Part shown: positions 46,410-56,387 of the stretch, one piece after another
Layout of the letters: the number at the start of each line of letters is the position of its first letter
Numbering within the stretch: the first letter of the stretch is position 1
Sequence record: OR896837.1
Origin: Escherichia phage vB_Eco_mar004NP2
Reading direction: 5' to 3' (one strand)
Length of the DNA stretch: 64,000 bases
Position numbers and translations under genes: made by a program
The notes under the pieces: model-generated
Databases searched by the model: none
The model's input: only the letters and a program-made list of their open reading frames with translations
What the model was told of the DNA's origin: nothing

Positions 46410-47786
46410 TTAAGATGCAGCGTAAGCACCAGATACAACGCCGTTTTTGAAGTAACGTTGCAGGTTAACACGCTGAGTAACGTAGTACGCATCACGCTGT
46501 TTACCAGCTTGGCGCTCACGTTCAACAGTAACAGCACGCTGACGCGGCATTACGAAGTTATCTTTATAAACAATAACTGCGAACTCTTTACCTACTGCTT
46601 TATCTGGGAAGTATTCAGAAACTACAACCGGAAGACCATAGATACGACCAACCTGACCTTGCAGTTTAACAGCATCGTTACCAACCTGTGCAACATCCTG
46701 CCATTCTTCGTCTTCCAGCAGATCGTAGTAAGCATCCATAGATACTATCAGTACCAGTTTGCTCAGTTTCAGACCATGACGACCCAGTTTACGACGCAGT
46801 TTAGAGATAGTTTTAGCAGTTACCAGAACAGTACCATCAGCTTTAGCTTCAGTAGTAACTTTAGCTTTATCATCTTCAGCCAGTTTCAACAGACCTTTCG
46901 GCTTACCAGTACCATCACCAGTCATAAAAGCTTCTTCGATAGAAACAGCATGTGCTTCAATCAGACGCTTACGCAGCAGCGGCAGCAGGGAGAAGATTGC
47001 ATCTTCTTCAGTTTCATCAGTAATGAAGGACTTAGCAGCCAGTTTGTAGGTTTTAAAACTAATTTCAGTCAGAGTACCTTGAACTTCGTTACCAACAGTA
47101 TCATCAGTACCGTAGGAACCAGCATCTACCCAAGTAGCTTTTCCAGCTTCAGGCTCAACCAGCATAGTAAGAATTTTGCTGGACATTGGCAGTTCATCGA
47201 ACAGTGCACCAACTACTAACTCTTTCTGCAGGTCACGAAGGATACGGGTAGAGAAAATAGTTTCGTAGTTTTCACTGAAAACCTGTACAGAGGAAGAAGT
47301 ATTAACAGCGTTAATGTGGGCTTTACCATGTTCAGTTTCAAATACGTCCTTCTCCATCATATAAGACAGGAGAACTAGTTTTTCAACTTCATCTTCAAAA
47401 GCTTCCTGAGTACCATACAGTGCTTTAGCTACGCTATCACCGACGAAGGAACGACCTTCACGAGCTGCTAGCAGAGATTTAATTTCATCCTGAAGACCAA
47501 CAATGGTTTCCTGCTGCTTTTCTACAGTCTGTGCGAACAGTTCTGCGCTCTTCTTAGATTTTTCATCCAGAGACTTAACCAGTTCCAGAGCTTGTTCCAG
47601 TTTCTGACGATCTTCGCCAACTGCTTTAGAAACCAGGTCATTCATACGAGCCAGTTCTTTTTCTTCCTGCTCTTTACGCATACGTTCAGCTTCCTGGGCT
47701 TTCTGAGCAGCGGTCAGACCTTCCAGAGATTTAGCCAGATCACCCAGACCAAGTTCTTCTTTCAGCTTATTAATATCAATAGTCAT
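46410..47786 (-). CDS. Major capsid protein precursor (HK97 fold, T5 pb8-like)
   Basis: 458 aa with long coiled-coil N-terminal delta-like domain; strong SD; followed by a terminator. Confidence 0.85.
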   Translation of the reverse strand: MTIDINKLKEELGLGDLAKSLEGLTAAQKAQEAERMRKEQEEKELARMNDLVSKAVGEDRQKLEQALELVKSLDEKSKKSAELFAQTVEKQQETIVGLQDEIKSLLAAREGRSFVGDSVAKALYGTQEAFEDEVEKLVLLSYMMEKDVFETEHGKAHINAVNTSSSVQVFSENYETIFSTRILRDLQKELVVGALFDELPMSSKILTMLVEPEAGKATWVDAGSYGTDDTVGNEVQGTLTEISFKTYKLAAKSFITDETEEDAIFSLLPLLRKRLIEAHAVSIEEAFMTGDGTGKPKGLLKLAEDDKAKVTTEAKADGTVLVTAKTISKLRRKLGRHGLKLSKLVLIVSMDAYYDLLEDEEWQDVAQVGNDAVKLQGQVGRIYGLPVVVSEYFPDKAVGKEFAVIVYKDNFVMPRQRAVTVERERQAGKQRDAYYVTQRVNLQRYFKNGVVSGAYAAS

Positions 47787-47803
47787 TTTTAAATAATTCT
47801 CCG

Positions 47804-48436
47804 TTATTCTTTAACGTAGCCTAAAGCTATCGCAAGTTTTTCTAGTTCAGAAAGATTACGTTCTTGAGCTGGGACAGCTTTAGAACTTATTGCAGTAAAA
47901 GATTTACGCCATTCAGTATAATCATGACCATTCATGCTCTTAGCGAGATTGAATGTTGAGTCCTGATTACAAGGTACAGAAACTACCGAAACTTCGTATA
48001 GTTCTAAATCTTTAATAATAAATATATCAGTAGCTTCATCCCACTCTGCATCTAGGCAGTGGAATCCGATACTAAAAGTTTTCAGTACACCGTTTTTAAT
48101 TAGTGAAAAGATAGCCGGGTCAGAACTTTCATAGATCTCGCATTCGATTTCGAGACCCATTTCAGTGGGGTTAAGATCAATACACTTACCGATTGGACGA
48201 CGATGATCGTGTCCGAAAAGAATAATCGGGTTTTTCATGTAGTTAGTAAGTGCATTAGATGTTTTCCATGCAGAAGCAGGAATTACATCACCAGCGCGAT
48301 CTTTACTAATTGTATTAGCGAATCCACGTATTTTTACAACACCCTCTTTGGATTCGCTATCAATAGATTTAATATAAGCATCTAAATGAACCGGTGCTGA
48401 TTTTAACTTGTTATAGTCAATAGCAGCTTGTGTCAT
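47804..48436 (-). CDS. Prohead maturation protease (T5 pb11-like)
   Basis: 210 aa, between decoration and capsid genes; size matches T5 pb11 from memory. Confidence 0.75.
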   Translation of the reverse strand: MTQAAIDYNKLKSAPVHLDAYIKSIDSESKEGVVKIRGFANTISKDRAGDVIPASAWKTSNALTNYMKNPIILFGHDHRRPIGKCIDLNPTEMGLEIECEIYESSDPAIFSLIKNGVLKTFSIGFHCLDAEWDEATDIFIIKDLELYEVSVVSVPCNQDSTFNLAKSMNGHDYTEWRKSFTAISSKAVPAQERNLSELEKLAIALGYVKE

Positions 48437-48439
48437 TTA

Positions 48440-48922
48440 TTAGCCTCCAGAAACAGTAGGATTAACTGTTACAGCACATGCAGTAGAATCCTTACTTACT
48501 TGCTTACTATCTGTTACAGTTACTTTATAAGAGCCGGCATCCTTAGCTGCTGTAGGCTTAGTATAGGTAGCTCCTGAAGCACCAGGAATAGGAGAACCAT
48601 CTTTAGTCCATGCATAAGTATATGGACCAGTACCCCCAGTTGCAGTAACAGAAAGTGTTAATGCTGCTCCCTCTTCAACTGACATGCTCGCAATTAAATC
48701 TTTAGAAAGAGTTAATGGTGGAGCCGGAGGAATTGCTTTACCATAAGCCTCTACAAATTTCTTCCATACTTTACGATTAGTATGCGCAGATGAAAGCCCT
48801 AGTTCTCTACGCAGAAAAGCATAGCTAGGAACATATTTATGCGCAGCAACCGTAGCAAAGAAGATATGAGATTCTGGCAGTTTTTCACCAAAAATGGTCC
48901 TCAGACCACTATAATCAATCAT
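48440..48922 (-). CDS. Capsid decoration protein with Ig-like domain (T5 pb10-like)
   Basis: C-terminal Ig-like segment LTLSVTATGGTGPYTYAWTKDGSPIPGASGATY. Confidence 0.65.
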   Translation of the reverse strand: MIDYSGLRTIFGEKLPESHIFFATVAAHKYVPSYAFLRRELGLSSAHTNRKVWKKFVEAYGKAIPPAPPLTLSKDLIASMSVEEGAALTLSVTATGGTGPYTYAWTKDGSPIPGASGATYTKPTAAKDAGSYKVTVTDSKQVSKDSTACAVTVNPTVSGG

Positions 48923-48924
48923 TC

Positions 48925-50136
48925 TTAATCTCCCTCGGTGGAACTCTTGGGTCTACCACCTTCTTGACCAGATACACCTGTTGCAGAACCAGCGACGTTA
49001 GCAGGAATACGGATCTTATTCATCTGCTCATCATCTAAAGGTTCAAGGTTCAGCTCTGAACGAGCTTCGTTACCGGTTATAATACCATTATTAACCAATG
49101 AGGTTAAATGTTTAGCCTCTGCTTCTTTATCTGGTGTTAATGCTGCGACTTCCTTAGTATTCGGAGTGATCTTATAACCAAAAAAGAAAGTAAGAGAACT
49201 AGTCAGTTTGCTCAGCATAGGAATGACAGTCATATAATAGAACAGTTCGATGTTTGGTCGAATGTTCGCATTATTACCCCCACCAAGCAACACTTGCGGA
49301 ACACCAAAGGCTAGACAGATAGATTTATTAAATCCTTCAATGTCTTCCTTAAAGTCTAGATCTTTAAAGGAGGATATTTGGGAGTACGGTTTAGCTTTCA
49401 TACCACCATCTAGAATCAGGACAGAAGACTGACCAGTACTAGGATTATAATCGAGTTGTAATTCTTCTTGTTTACGCTCACGCAATTTCTTGTTCAGGAT
49501 TTCATCCGTCTCAAGAATAAGACCAATCACGGTTCCGTTATCTAGGAATTTCTCTTTAAAGTTAAGCATCTTAGAACGCTTTTCAAGAGAATCAATAACA
49601 GTAGCAACACGAGATTGTCCAGAAATTTGAGAATTTGTGCCACACACGTAACTGTTATCCTTTATGAAGATAATCTCATCTACGCGATAGTCTATCTGAT
49701 TATTAAATGTAAATTTTTTGATAAACTTATTGGCATCTGCCTCGACCTGCATAAGAGCAGCCGGGACATGGTAAAGCGATGTGCCATCCCAATAGATGTA
49801 TGCACAACCTTCAAAAAGTAGGTCAGTGACTACAAGTCTACGGAATGTGCTTATATCCATGAATGGATTAGGTCGTACATTTAAGAGAGTGTCTAGAGTC
49901 TTTGTTTTGACGCCATTAGCGTACGTAACAATATTATATTTATCTCCGACAGTATAAGAACACTCCGCCGCACTATCTATAACCATATTGGCAGTTCGAT
50001 TGAGAATCTCAATCTTGCTATAGGCTTGTCCAGTGGTAAAAGGCTTACGGTTAGTGCGATGACTAACTGGTTCCATGTCTCTTATAATACGTTGACCCGG
50101 ATTTAGCTTTTCAGTAATCCAGCTTTTAAAACCCAT
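48925..50136 (-). CDS. Portal protein (T5 pb7-like)
   Basis: 403 aa, upstream of the protease/capsid genes; size matches T5 portal from memory. Confidence 0.8.
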   Translation of the reverse strand: MGFKSWITEKLNPGQRIIRDMEPVSHRTNRKPFTTGQAYSKIEILNRTANMVIDSAAECSYTVGDKYNIVTYANGVKTKTLDTLLNVRPNPFMDISTFRRLVVTDLLFEGCAYIYWDGTSLYHVPAALMQVEADANKFIKKFTFNNQIDYRVDEIIFIKDNSYVCGTNSQISGQSRVATVIDSLEKRSKMLNFKEKFLDNGTVIGLILETDEILNKKLRERKQEELQLDYNPSTGQSSVLILDGGMKAKPYSQISSFKDLDFKEDIEGFNKSICLAFGVPQVLLGGGNNANIRPNIELFYYMTVIPMLSKLTSSLTFFFGYKITPNTKEVAALTPDKEAEAKHLTSLVNNGIITGNEARSELNLEPLDDEQMNKIRIPANVAGSATGVSGQEGGRPKSSTEGD

Positions 50137-50588
50137 TATAAGAACCTTGCGAATCCTGATTTTGTTTCAGTCTTGACTTGTGTCTTTTCTTGAGGATTCT
50201 GTAATTTGTCTTTCTGCTTTTGAACCCACGCTTTTTGCTTATTAGCAGAAAATAAAGGAGGTTCTTTTGTGTAAACCTTATGTAATAATTGGTGATGGTG
50301 CTGGCACAATGTTACCACGTCCCTAACTAACTCATGCTCATATTTCTTGTAGAATGCTTCCCTATTTGAAAGGACGATATTCTCATCAGTGAAATCCAGC
50401 TGGAGTTCTTTAGCAAATTTTTTTATTAGCTGAGATATAGTATGATAATGGTGAAGTTCTAGGTCTTCACTACTACCACATATAGCACAGCAACCATCCT
50501 TACTATACCTAGATTTTATACCATCCCTCATTATGGAAATGGCATCACGTTTGTACTTAGTATTAGTGGCCATAATCCTCCAATCCAA
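50136..50588 (-). CDS. HNH endonuclease (free-standing, homing-type)
   Basis: CCAICGSSEDLELHHYH ... CQHHHQLLH: HNH signature with zinc-binding Cys pairs. Confidence 0.7.
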   Translation of the reverse strand: MDWRIMATNTKYKRDAISIMRDGIKSRYSKDGCCAICGSSEDLELHHYHTISQLIKKFAKELQLDFTDENIVLSNREAFYKKYEHELVRDVVTLCQHHHQLLHKVYTKEPPLFSANKQKAWVQKQKDKLQNPQEKTQVKTETKSGFARFL

Positions 50589-51237
50589 AGCTACTTAGAA
50601 AGATTACTATATCCTCAGGAGCAACATTAAAAAATTCCGTGCTTCCTGTAAAATTAGAAAACCCACAGTTTTTATTATAATATTCTCTGTGAACTTCCTT
50701 TTCTAAATCTAAAGCAGTCTCTCTATCTGGCAGATGATACATGGTGAACAAGTATAGGTCAGAAAATCCAGATTCTCTTTTAACTTCATTCAGCCGTTTC
50801 TCAGGGTATAAGCTTATGCCTACTTTAGTACCACTAGAGGAGGACATGATATAGAGGAATCCGCCATTCTCCCACTTAAGAGAACAATAAGGACATCTCT
50901 TACCTTGAGTCAATCCATCTAAGGTAATTAAACAGTCATGCCCATTATTGCAGCGTAGATGTAGTTTTGTTTTAGCATTAGTATAGCTGCTTAACAGAGT
51001 ATACCCTATATTAGATATTCTGTTATTAACTTCATCTAACGATATTGTATTATTGGAGCAGTGTGGACAACCTCTCCCCATATGGAGTATAGAATGTGGT
51101 GTTGCTTCCCAAACATGTGCTCTCTGGCATTTAAATACTGTTTTTGTACGTTGGTTTACATACTCACCGACAATTTGGATTCCACGATCAGCTAATCTAA
51201 TATTTATATCTTTTATTGTTAGCTTTTGTCGACCCAT
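50563..51237 (-). CDS. Putative zinc-finger endonuclease (homing-endonuclease-like, possible GIY-YIG-type C-terminal half)
   Basis: Two CPxC pairs; C-terminal GGFLYIM...GTKVGIS...R...E block reminiscent of GIY-YIG; weak. Confidence 0.45.
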   Translation of the reverse strand: MGRQKLTIKDINIRLADRGIQIVGEYVNQRTKTVFKCQRAHVWEATPHSILHMGRGCPHCSNNTISLDEVNNRISNIGYTLLSSYTNAKTKLHLRCNNGHDCLITLDGLTQGKRCPYCSLKWENGGFLYIMSSSSGTKVGISLYPEKRLNEVKRESGFSDLYLFTMYHLPDRETALDLEKEVHREYYNKNCGFSNFTGSTEFFNVAPEDIVIFLSSFGLEDYGH

Positions 51238-51408
51238 AGAATCTCCTACACCCCATGTAGAGCATTAATTTTTCTTGTTTACGTTCTATTATGGGAGAAG
51301 TTCTCCCGATCAATGAATATAGTATACATAATCGTATCGAATTTGTAAAGGGGATTTTAAAATGCAGGAATGGGATACCAACTGAGTAGTATCCCTTCCT
51401 ATACTTAT

Positions 51409-52725
51409 TTATTTACCACGGGAAATAGAGTAAATTCCATAGCGCAGTGCATCACAAAGGTGAGAGTTAGCATCATGACGTGGTTTTTCACGTGATAATT
51501 TTTCTTCACCTTCTTGGAAATCCCATTTATAGTTCTGCAACGCATGGATTAATGAGGAACATGAAACATCTACAATAATCTTGCCTTGTTGGAATAGCGC
51601 TTGCAAGCATGCTAGGCCATCTAGGACAGATTTTTTAGCAGGGGCTGATGCAATTTCATGTTCATAAGCTAAGTCCTGGCGGAACTGAGCTGCCGCGGAG
51701 TCAACAAAAATACGATCAACTTTATAACGATCTATACAGTGCTGAATGTAAGCAGCATGCTGAGCTGTAGTTTTCTCCGCCTGCTGATACTCTTCTAATA
51801 CATAGTAAGTATCCGTATCGTAATGATACTTAATAGTAAGAACTGCTGTAGGATCACGATAACCAACGTCGATACCAAGCAACGTTTCGAATGCTTCATC
51901 ATCTTTAAAGAAATGACGCATACCCTTAAGGTCTTTAACATGGTCAATAGCATTGAAAGTATCAAAAATCTGACCTTCAAATACAGAGAAGTCAGCTTCA
52001 TATTCCTGGCGGAAGTAGTTTTTACTAACCGTACGACGTGCTTCTTCTATATCATTCAGGTCAGCACGAGGGTTATCACGATATGTACCATGAATAGATA
52101 CCCAGTTAGGCAACGTATCATCAAATCCGTAGGCGTAAAACTCTTTAAACCAGTTACCTCCACGAGGTGTGGAAATAAATAGAGCCTTAGAATTAGGTTT
52201 ATCTAGAGTAGGACGCAGCTGAACCCTGAAGGCATCACCACCCACATCGGAAATTGCCGCCTCGTCAAAGATGATAAAATCATATGAACGTCCAACCGCG
52301 GAGTCAGCCTGAGCAGCGGAAGCTAGTTTAAACAGAGAACCATTAGCTAACTCAATTTCCTTATCTTTAGCGTTCTCACGTTCAGTTTGTAGGCCATATT
52401 TTTTAATAAGACCACGAATCTGAGACCATCCGATGTTGGCCAGTGAATAGTTAGGAGCAACTACTAACACCTTCACATTAGGTTCCAGCAATTTTAGGAA
52501 CCCAAGAGTATATGCGATGAAGGATTTACCTACACGGCGTGATACACACGCCGTTACAAAACGATGTCTAGGATCCTCTAGAGCATTAATAATCGCTATT
52601 TGAGGACCATTAGGTGTAATACCTTCTTGTGCTAGTATTCCCGAAACAGGTAGACGAAAGAAACGTTTATCTATTCCGAAATCAATAACATCTACTGTAT
52701 TAACGTAAGGTCTTGATACTTCCAT
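51409..52725 (-). CDS. Terminase large subunit
   Basis: 438 aa; ATPase Walker A (ACVSRRVGKS) and nuclease half. Confidence 0.85.
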   Translation of the reverse strand: MEVSRPYVNTVDVIDFGIDKRFFRLPVSGILAQEGITPNGPQIAIINALEDPRHRFVTACVSRRVGKSFIAYTLGFLKLLEPNVKVLVVAPNYSLANIGWSQIRGLIKKYGLQTERENAKDKEIELANGSLFKLASAAQADSAVGRSYDFIIFDEAAISDVGGDAFRVQLRPTLDKPNSKALFISTPRGGNWFKEFYAYGFDDTLPNWVSIHGTYRDNPRADLNDIEEARRTVSKNYFRQEYEADFSVFEGQIFDTFNAIDHVKDLKGMRHFFKDDEAFETLLGIDVGYRDPTAVLTIKYHYDTDTYYVLEEYQQAEKTTAQHAAYIQHCIDRYKVDRIFVDSAAAQFRQDLAYEHEIASAPAKKSVLDGLACLQALFQQGKIIVDVSCSSLIHALQNYKWDFQEGEEKLSREKPRHDANSHLCDALRYGIYSISRGK

Positions 52726-53207
52726 TACTTCTTACCTCCAGTAGCTAGGGAAGTAATTAAGTCCATGTAGTTTTGATCCCCAGCTCCAGCAATAATATTA
52801 TTCTGGATGTTGGTCTGGTTAGCTGGAGTACGGGCTGCTGCCTTCACTTTCTCCAGTTCTACCATCATTTTCATTTCTTCCATTTTCATTTTATGTGCTT
52901 TCCAGAGAATATCCATAATATCTTGGTCAGAACCCATGCCAGTTTCTTCTAGTTCCTCTAGTTTACGCTTGATAACTTCATCCAGAACACCAAATAAACG
53001 ATCTCTGTTACGGAAACCACTCTCCATAAAAATATCATTTAAGTAGTTCTTAACTTCACTACGATTCATAATATCTCGAAAAGCAATTTCGGACATCCCA
53101 AGACTACGTGCGGCAGAAGGCACATCGCTGCCACACTGTAAATATGCTTCAATTACATCCATCCCTTCAGGGGACATAAGATCTGGTACTAATACATCAT
53201 TTGCCAT
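52725..53207 (-). CDS. Terminase small subunit (putative)
   Basis: 160 aa with N-terminal HTH-like segment, immediately upstream of the large subunit with overlapping stop/start. Confidence 0.55.
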
Positions 53208-53217
53208 ATTTCCTCCT

Positions 53218-54975
53218 TTAGGTAAGGCGTTGAACTGTTACTCTTAATCTCGGTAGGAAAACTGCACTACCTAAACTTACGTGCATAACTACCCCTAACT
53301 CTACATTTCCATTCCCCAGATTTTTAGCAGTATATATAAAACTATTTCTACTTAGGGCATTGTTAGGTGTGTACCTAAAAGCAGATGTAGTATGAAAAGG
53401 TACTAAATACCCTACTGGTAATGTTAAAATCTGGTGGAATATTGCATCTCCATTACTATAGCTATATGCTCTTCTTCCTTGCACTTGAAACACACCGTTA
53501 TTCCATGTATTAGCAGGAACACCTGCACAGTTAAGGTTACCTGATATAACTTCAGTGGTAAGAATTACTGTAGCATTGCCACCCGGTATACCTAGCCCAA
53601 TAGTTGATAAACCAACGTATCTATCCCCTGTTCCCGGGTAGCTGGGAGTAATATCATCCCCCATGTAAGAGCTACCTACATTTCCACCAAAAAGTCGTAA
53701 TGGAACTGCTGATGGTCCCCAAACAACCCCGTGTTCATTACCGATAGTATTATCCCTAGAGTTTACATACCATTGCTTACCCGCTCCGAATTTGTAAATG
53801 CTAATTTGGGATTTAGCTCCACCATAGTCTACAGGAGACCATAATCCTCCATTACTAGACCCTACAAGTTCACACCTTGCCGTGGTATCCCCAAAAACCC
53901 CGGTATACGCTGCGTTATTTCCTATATACTCCATATCAGGACGGTAACCTAGGTTACCAAAAGCATTCTGATTTATAAATTTATACCCGGTATTAGGGAG
54001 ACTTACCCCTTTAATTATGAAATTAGAAGGAGATATAAGAATATCAGAACCAGTAAAGGGGTTGCCTGAAATACTCATTCCACCATTAGAGTACCTTAAA
54101 TTAAGAACATACCAAATAACCTTAGTAGGGGTTATATTATACCAATCCTGTAGTATTGTAGAGTCACCCGACTGGTTAGCTAAATTAGTAGTAGATCCCC
54201 TACAAACAAATCTGTTCCCACCGTCGTGGTACATAGTATTTACATTACCTGGGAGCCCTTGTCTAACCCCACCGTATCCACGTATATTAGAGTTGCAAAC
54301 ATAAAACCAATCATGCCCTCTATGTGCTGCTCCTAGAGGCGACATCCATCCAGGATCCCAATAGTACGGGTTATTCCCATCTACAGGTACTGTGCTACTA
54401 TTAGTAGGAAAACCTAATTGTGCAAAGGCTTCTGCAACAGTAACACCTACAGGAGCTCCCGCACCAGGCCTAACTATCCCATGGTAGGTACTATGTAACG
54501 TAGTACCACCTGTACCACTCCTAGAGATAGATTCTTCGTGCCATATCGATGGGTTATAATTATAAGTTCCAGATGCTAGACTATTACCAAATGCAAATCC
54601 ACTGGTTTGAGAAACACTAGCAAAAGATCTAAAGGGGTCTGCTTGAGTGGCAACTATAGTTTGACCAACTTTACTCTGAGTACCATTAAGAAAAGCTCTG
54701 TGAGTACCATTAATCTCAATAGCAGTTAGTATAACTCTACCAGGATCATTAGATTTAATATTTACTATATCAGGAGGCATCTGACATACGAAAAACCCAT
54801 TCCCGGCATCACCTAATCCTGCCTCATAAGTACCCTCAACTAGAACAAATGGCATATCACTATGAAAAATACTATTATTACTTGGACTATAGTGACGATT
54901 AATGTCACCCCCAGATTCAGTATTTAAAGATAGTACGGTCTTACCATCGCTATACTTTCCAGCGAAAAAACCCAT
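53218..54975 (-). CDS. Receptor-binding tail protein (T5 pb5/Oad-like)
   Basis: 585 aa, divergent from the adjacent lipoprotein gene as oad/llp are in T5. Confidence 0.6.
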
Positions 54976-55000
54976 ATAATCTCCTATTATAAAAATGTAT

Positions 55001-55029
55001 TTGCTTTCATCCCTCTATTTTGCTATAAT
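55001..55029 (+). promoter_or_regulatory. sigma70-type promoter for the llp-like gene
   Basis: TTGCTT 55001-55006, 17-nt spacer, TATAAT 55024-55029, conserved leader aattcataaattagaaatggagag. Confidence 0.5.
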
Positions 55030-55060
55030 AAATTCATAAATTAGAAATGGAGAGATAAAT

Positions 55061-55327
55061 ATGAAAAAGTTTGTAATTGCACTAGTTGCCACAGTTATAT
55101 TATCTGGTTGTGTACCTGCTCCCAAACCATTTTGTACGGGATTTGTAAAATCTTTTGGTGGTGCGGGAGAAGAATATTACGGTCTCAAGGTTCAAAAAGT
55201 TCGTATTAAGGGAGATCGCTTTCCAGTAGTACAGCTCCGTACTAAATTTGGGTGGTGGGATCTCAGTCAGTTTGACCTTAAATATGGTGATTGTAAATTT
55301 AAACTAGAGCAATCTAATTACCTGTAA
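55061..55327 (+). CDS. llp: Lipoprotein, Llp-like (receptor-blocking superinfection-exclusion protein)
   Basis: Signal peptide with lipobox ILSGC; 88 aa; divergent from the receptor-binding protein gene. Confidence 0.65.
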   Translation: MKKFVIALVATVILSGCVPAPKPFCTGFVKSFGGAGEEYYGLKVQKVRIKGDRFPVVQLRTKFGWWDLSQFDLKYGDCKFKLEQSNYL

Positions 55328-55494
55328 TTAGTATAAAACAAAAAGACATCCAAGTAAACTAAATTTTTTATTTCTTGGATGGTATATTGGCAGAAACCAC
55401 TATGTAAGAAAAGTAGAAGTCCTTCTAGGAGTCCACAAGCACGGTTGGTTATGCACATATTTTAAAATATCACATTTATGGGAGCACGAAAGAT

Positions 55495-55623
55495 ATGTCA
55501 AACAAAAGAAATAATAGACGCGGAGAGGTGTATGAGAGTTGGATAAATAGTTTTGGGTTCGGAACTCTCCTATTCTTTATTTTCGTAGGTTTTTGGTTAG
55601 CAGCTATGGCGGGGTGGATTTAA
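55495..55623 (+). CDS. Small membrane protein (42 aa), first of four overlapping tiny genes
   Basis: Own translation MSNKRNNRRGEVYESWINSFGFGTLLFFIFVGFWLAAMAGWI; ggag 10 nt upstream; below ORF-track size cut-off. Confidence 0.3.
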   Translation: MSNKRNNRRGEVYESWINSFGFGTLLFFIFVGFWLAAMAGWI

Positions 55624-55730
55624 TGGAATGGGTAATTATTGCACTATTAGGGATTGTGATTATTGGGCAATGTATTTTAGATAATCACTTAGCTAGAATT
55701 GAAACTTTATTGCTGGAGAAACGTAAATGA
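55623..55730 (+). CDS. Small membrane protein (35 aa)
   Basis: Own translation MEWVIIALLGIVIIGQCILDNHLARIETLLLEKRK; TAATG overlap with upstream stop. Confidence 0.25.
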   Translation: MEWVIIALLGIVIIGQCILDNHLARIETLLLEKRK

Positions 55731-55921
55731 TGGAAGTGGCAGCTACATTAATAGTAATATTAATCTGGGCAATTTTCATTGTTTCTTATACCGCGTATGT
55801 TCGCCTAAAAACTCTAGAGGCCCAGGTAAAGCAGCAACAATTTGCACTAGAAAAATTAGTAGAGCTTCAACGCTGTGATAGTACCCGTATTCTGCAAATT
55901 GAGAGGGAATTAGATGTTTAG
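55727..55921 (+). CDS. Small single-pass membrane protein (64 aa)
   Basis: ORF track; N-terminal TM helix then coiled-coil-like tail; ATGA overlap with upstream gene. Confidence 0.45.
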   Translation: MMEVAATLIVILIWAIFIVSYTAYVRLKTLEAQVKQQQFALEKLVELQRCDSTRILQIERELDV

Positions 55922-56159
55922 TATTGTAATTGCTTTTATTATCGGGATACTCGCGGGAGTTTTCGGGACGACTGCGGCAATCAATAAGCATCGTAAATAT
56001 ATTGCGGGAGTGACGCGGGAGATTGCGGAAAGGGAGCGGAAGTTTGACGAGAAACGTGCGGAGTTTGAGCGGGAGTGGTCGGATGGATCTCGGGCGTCGC
56101 GGAAGAGATTCCGTGAGTTCAGACCAGAATACAGGTTTGATGACCCTTCTATGCGCTAA
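55914..56159 (+). CDS. Small single-pass membrane protein (81 aa) with Arg/Glu-rich tail
   Basis: ORF track; N-terminal TM helix; 3' end lies in the first copy of the 76-bp tandem repeat. Confidence 0.45.
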   Translation: MFSIVIAFIIGILAGVFGTTAAINKHRKYIAGVTREIAERERKFDEKRAEFEREWSDGSRASRKRFREFRPEYRFDDPSMR

Positions 56160-56264
56160 TTTGACTTTTGCCAATTTCTTTGGATTACGTGAGTTCAGAC
56201 CAGAATACAGGTTTGATGACCCTTCTATGCGCTAATTTGACTTTTGCCAATTTCTTTGGATTAC
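56113..56264. repeat. Perfect 76-bp tandem duplication (2 copies)
   Basis: 56113-56188 is identical to 56189-56264. Confidence 0.95.
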
Positions 56265-56336
56265 GTACGCGTGGGTGTGTCCAGTGGCCCCCCAGATGAG
56301 AATGAGTCTCATTACCGCCCGGTACTTAGCAGGCTA

Positions 56337-56373
56337 ATAGTCACGGCATGGTATCATTACACACCGTGACTAT
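56337..56373. terminator. Hairpin between convergent genes (possible terminator)
   Basis: 10-bp stem atagtcacgg / ccgtgactat with 17-nt loop; flanking U-tract weak. Confidence 0.3.
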
Positions 56374-56387
56374 TTCAACTTTAATTG

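Noticed and set aside
46458-47219. 253-aa plus-strand ORF antisense to the major capsid gene
   Set aside because: Capsid gene is strongly supported; antisense product is Phe/Ser/Asn-rich low-complexity.
56023-56235. 70-aa ORF running through the 76-bp tandem repeat
   Set aside because: Exists only because the duplication repeats the 3' end of the upstream gene in another frame; no SD.
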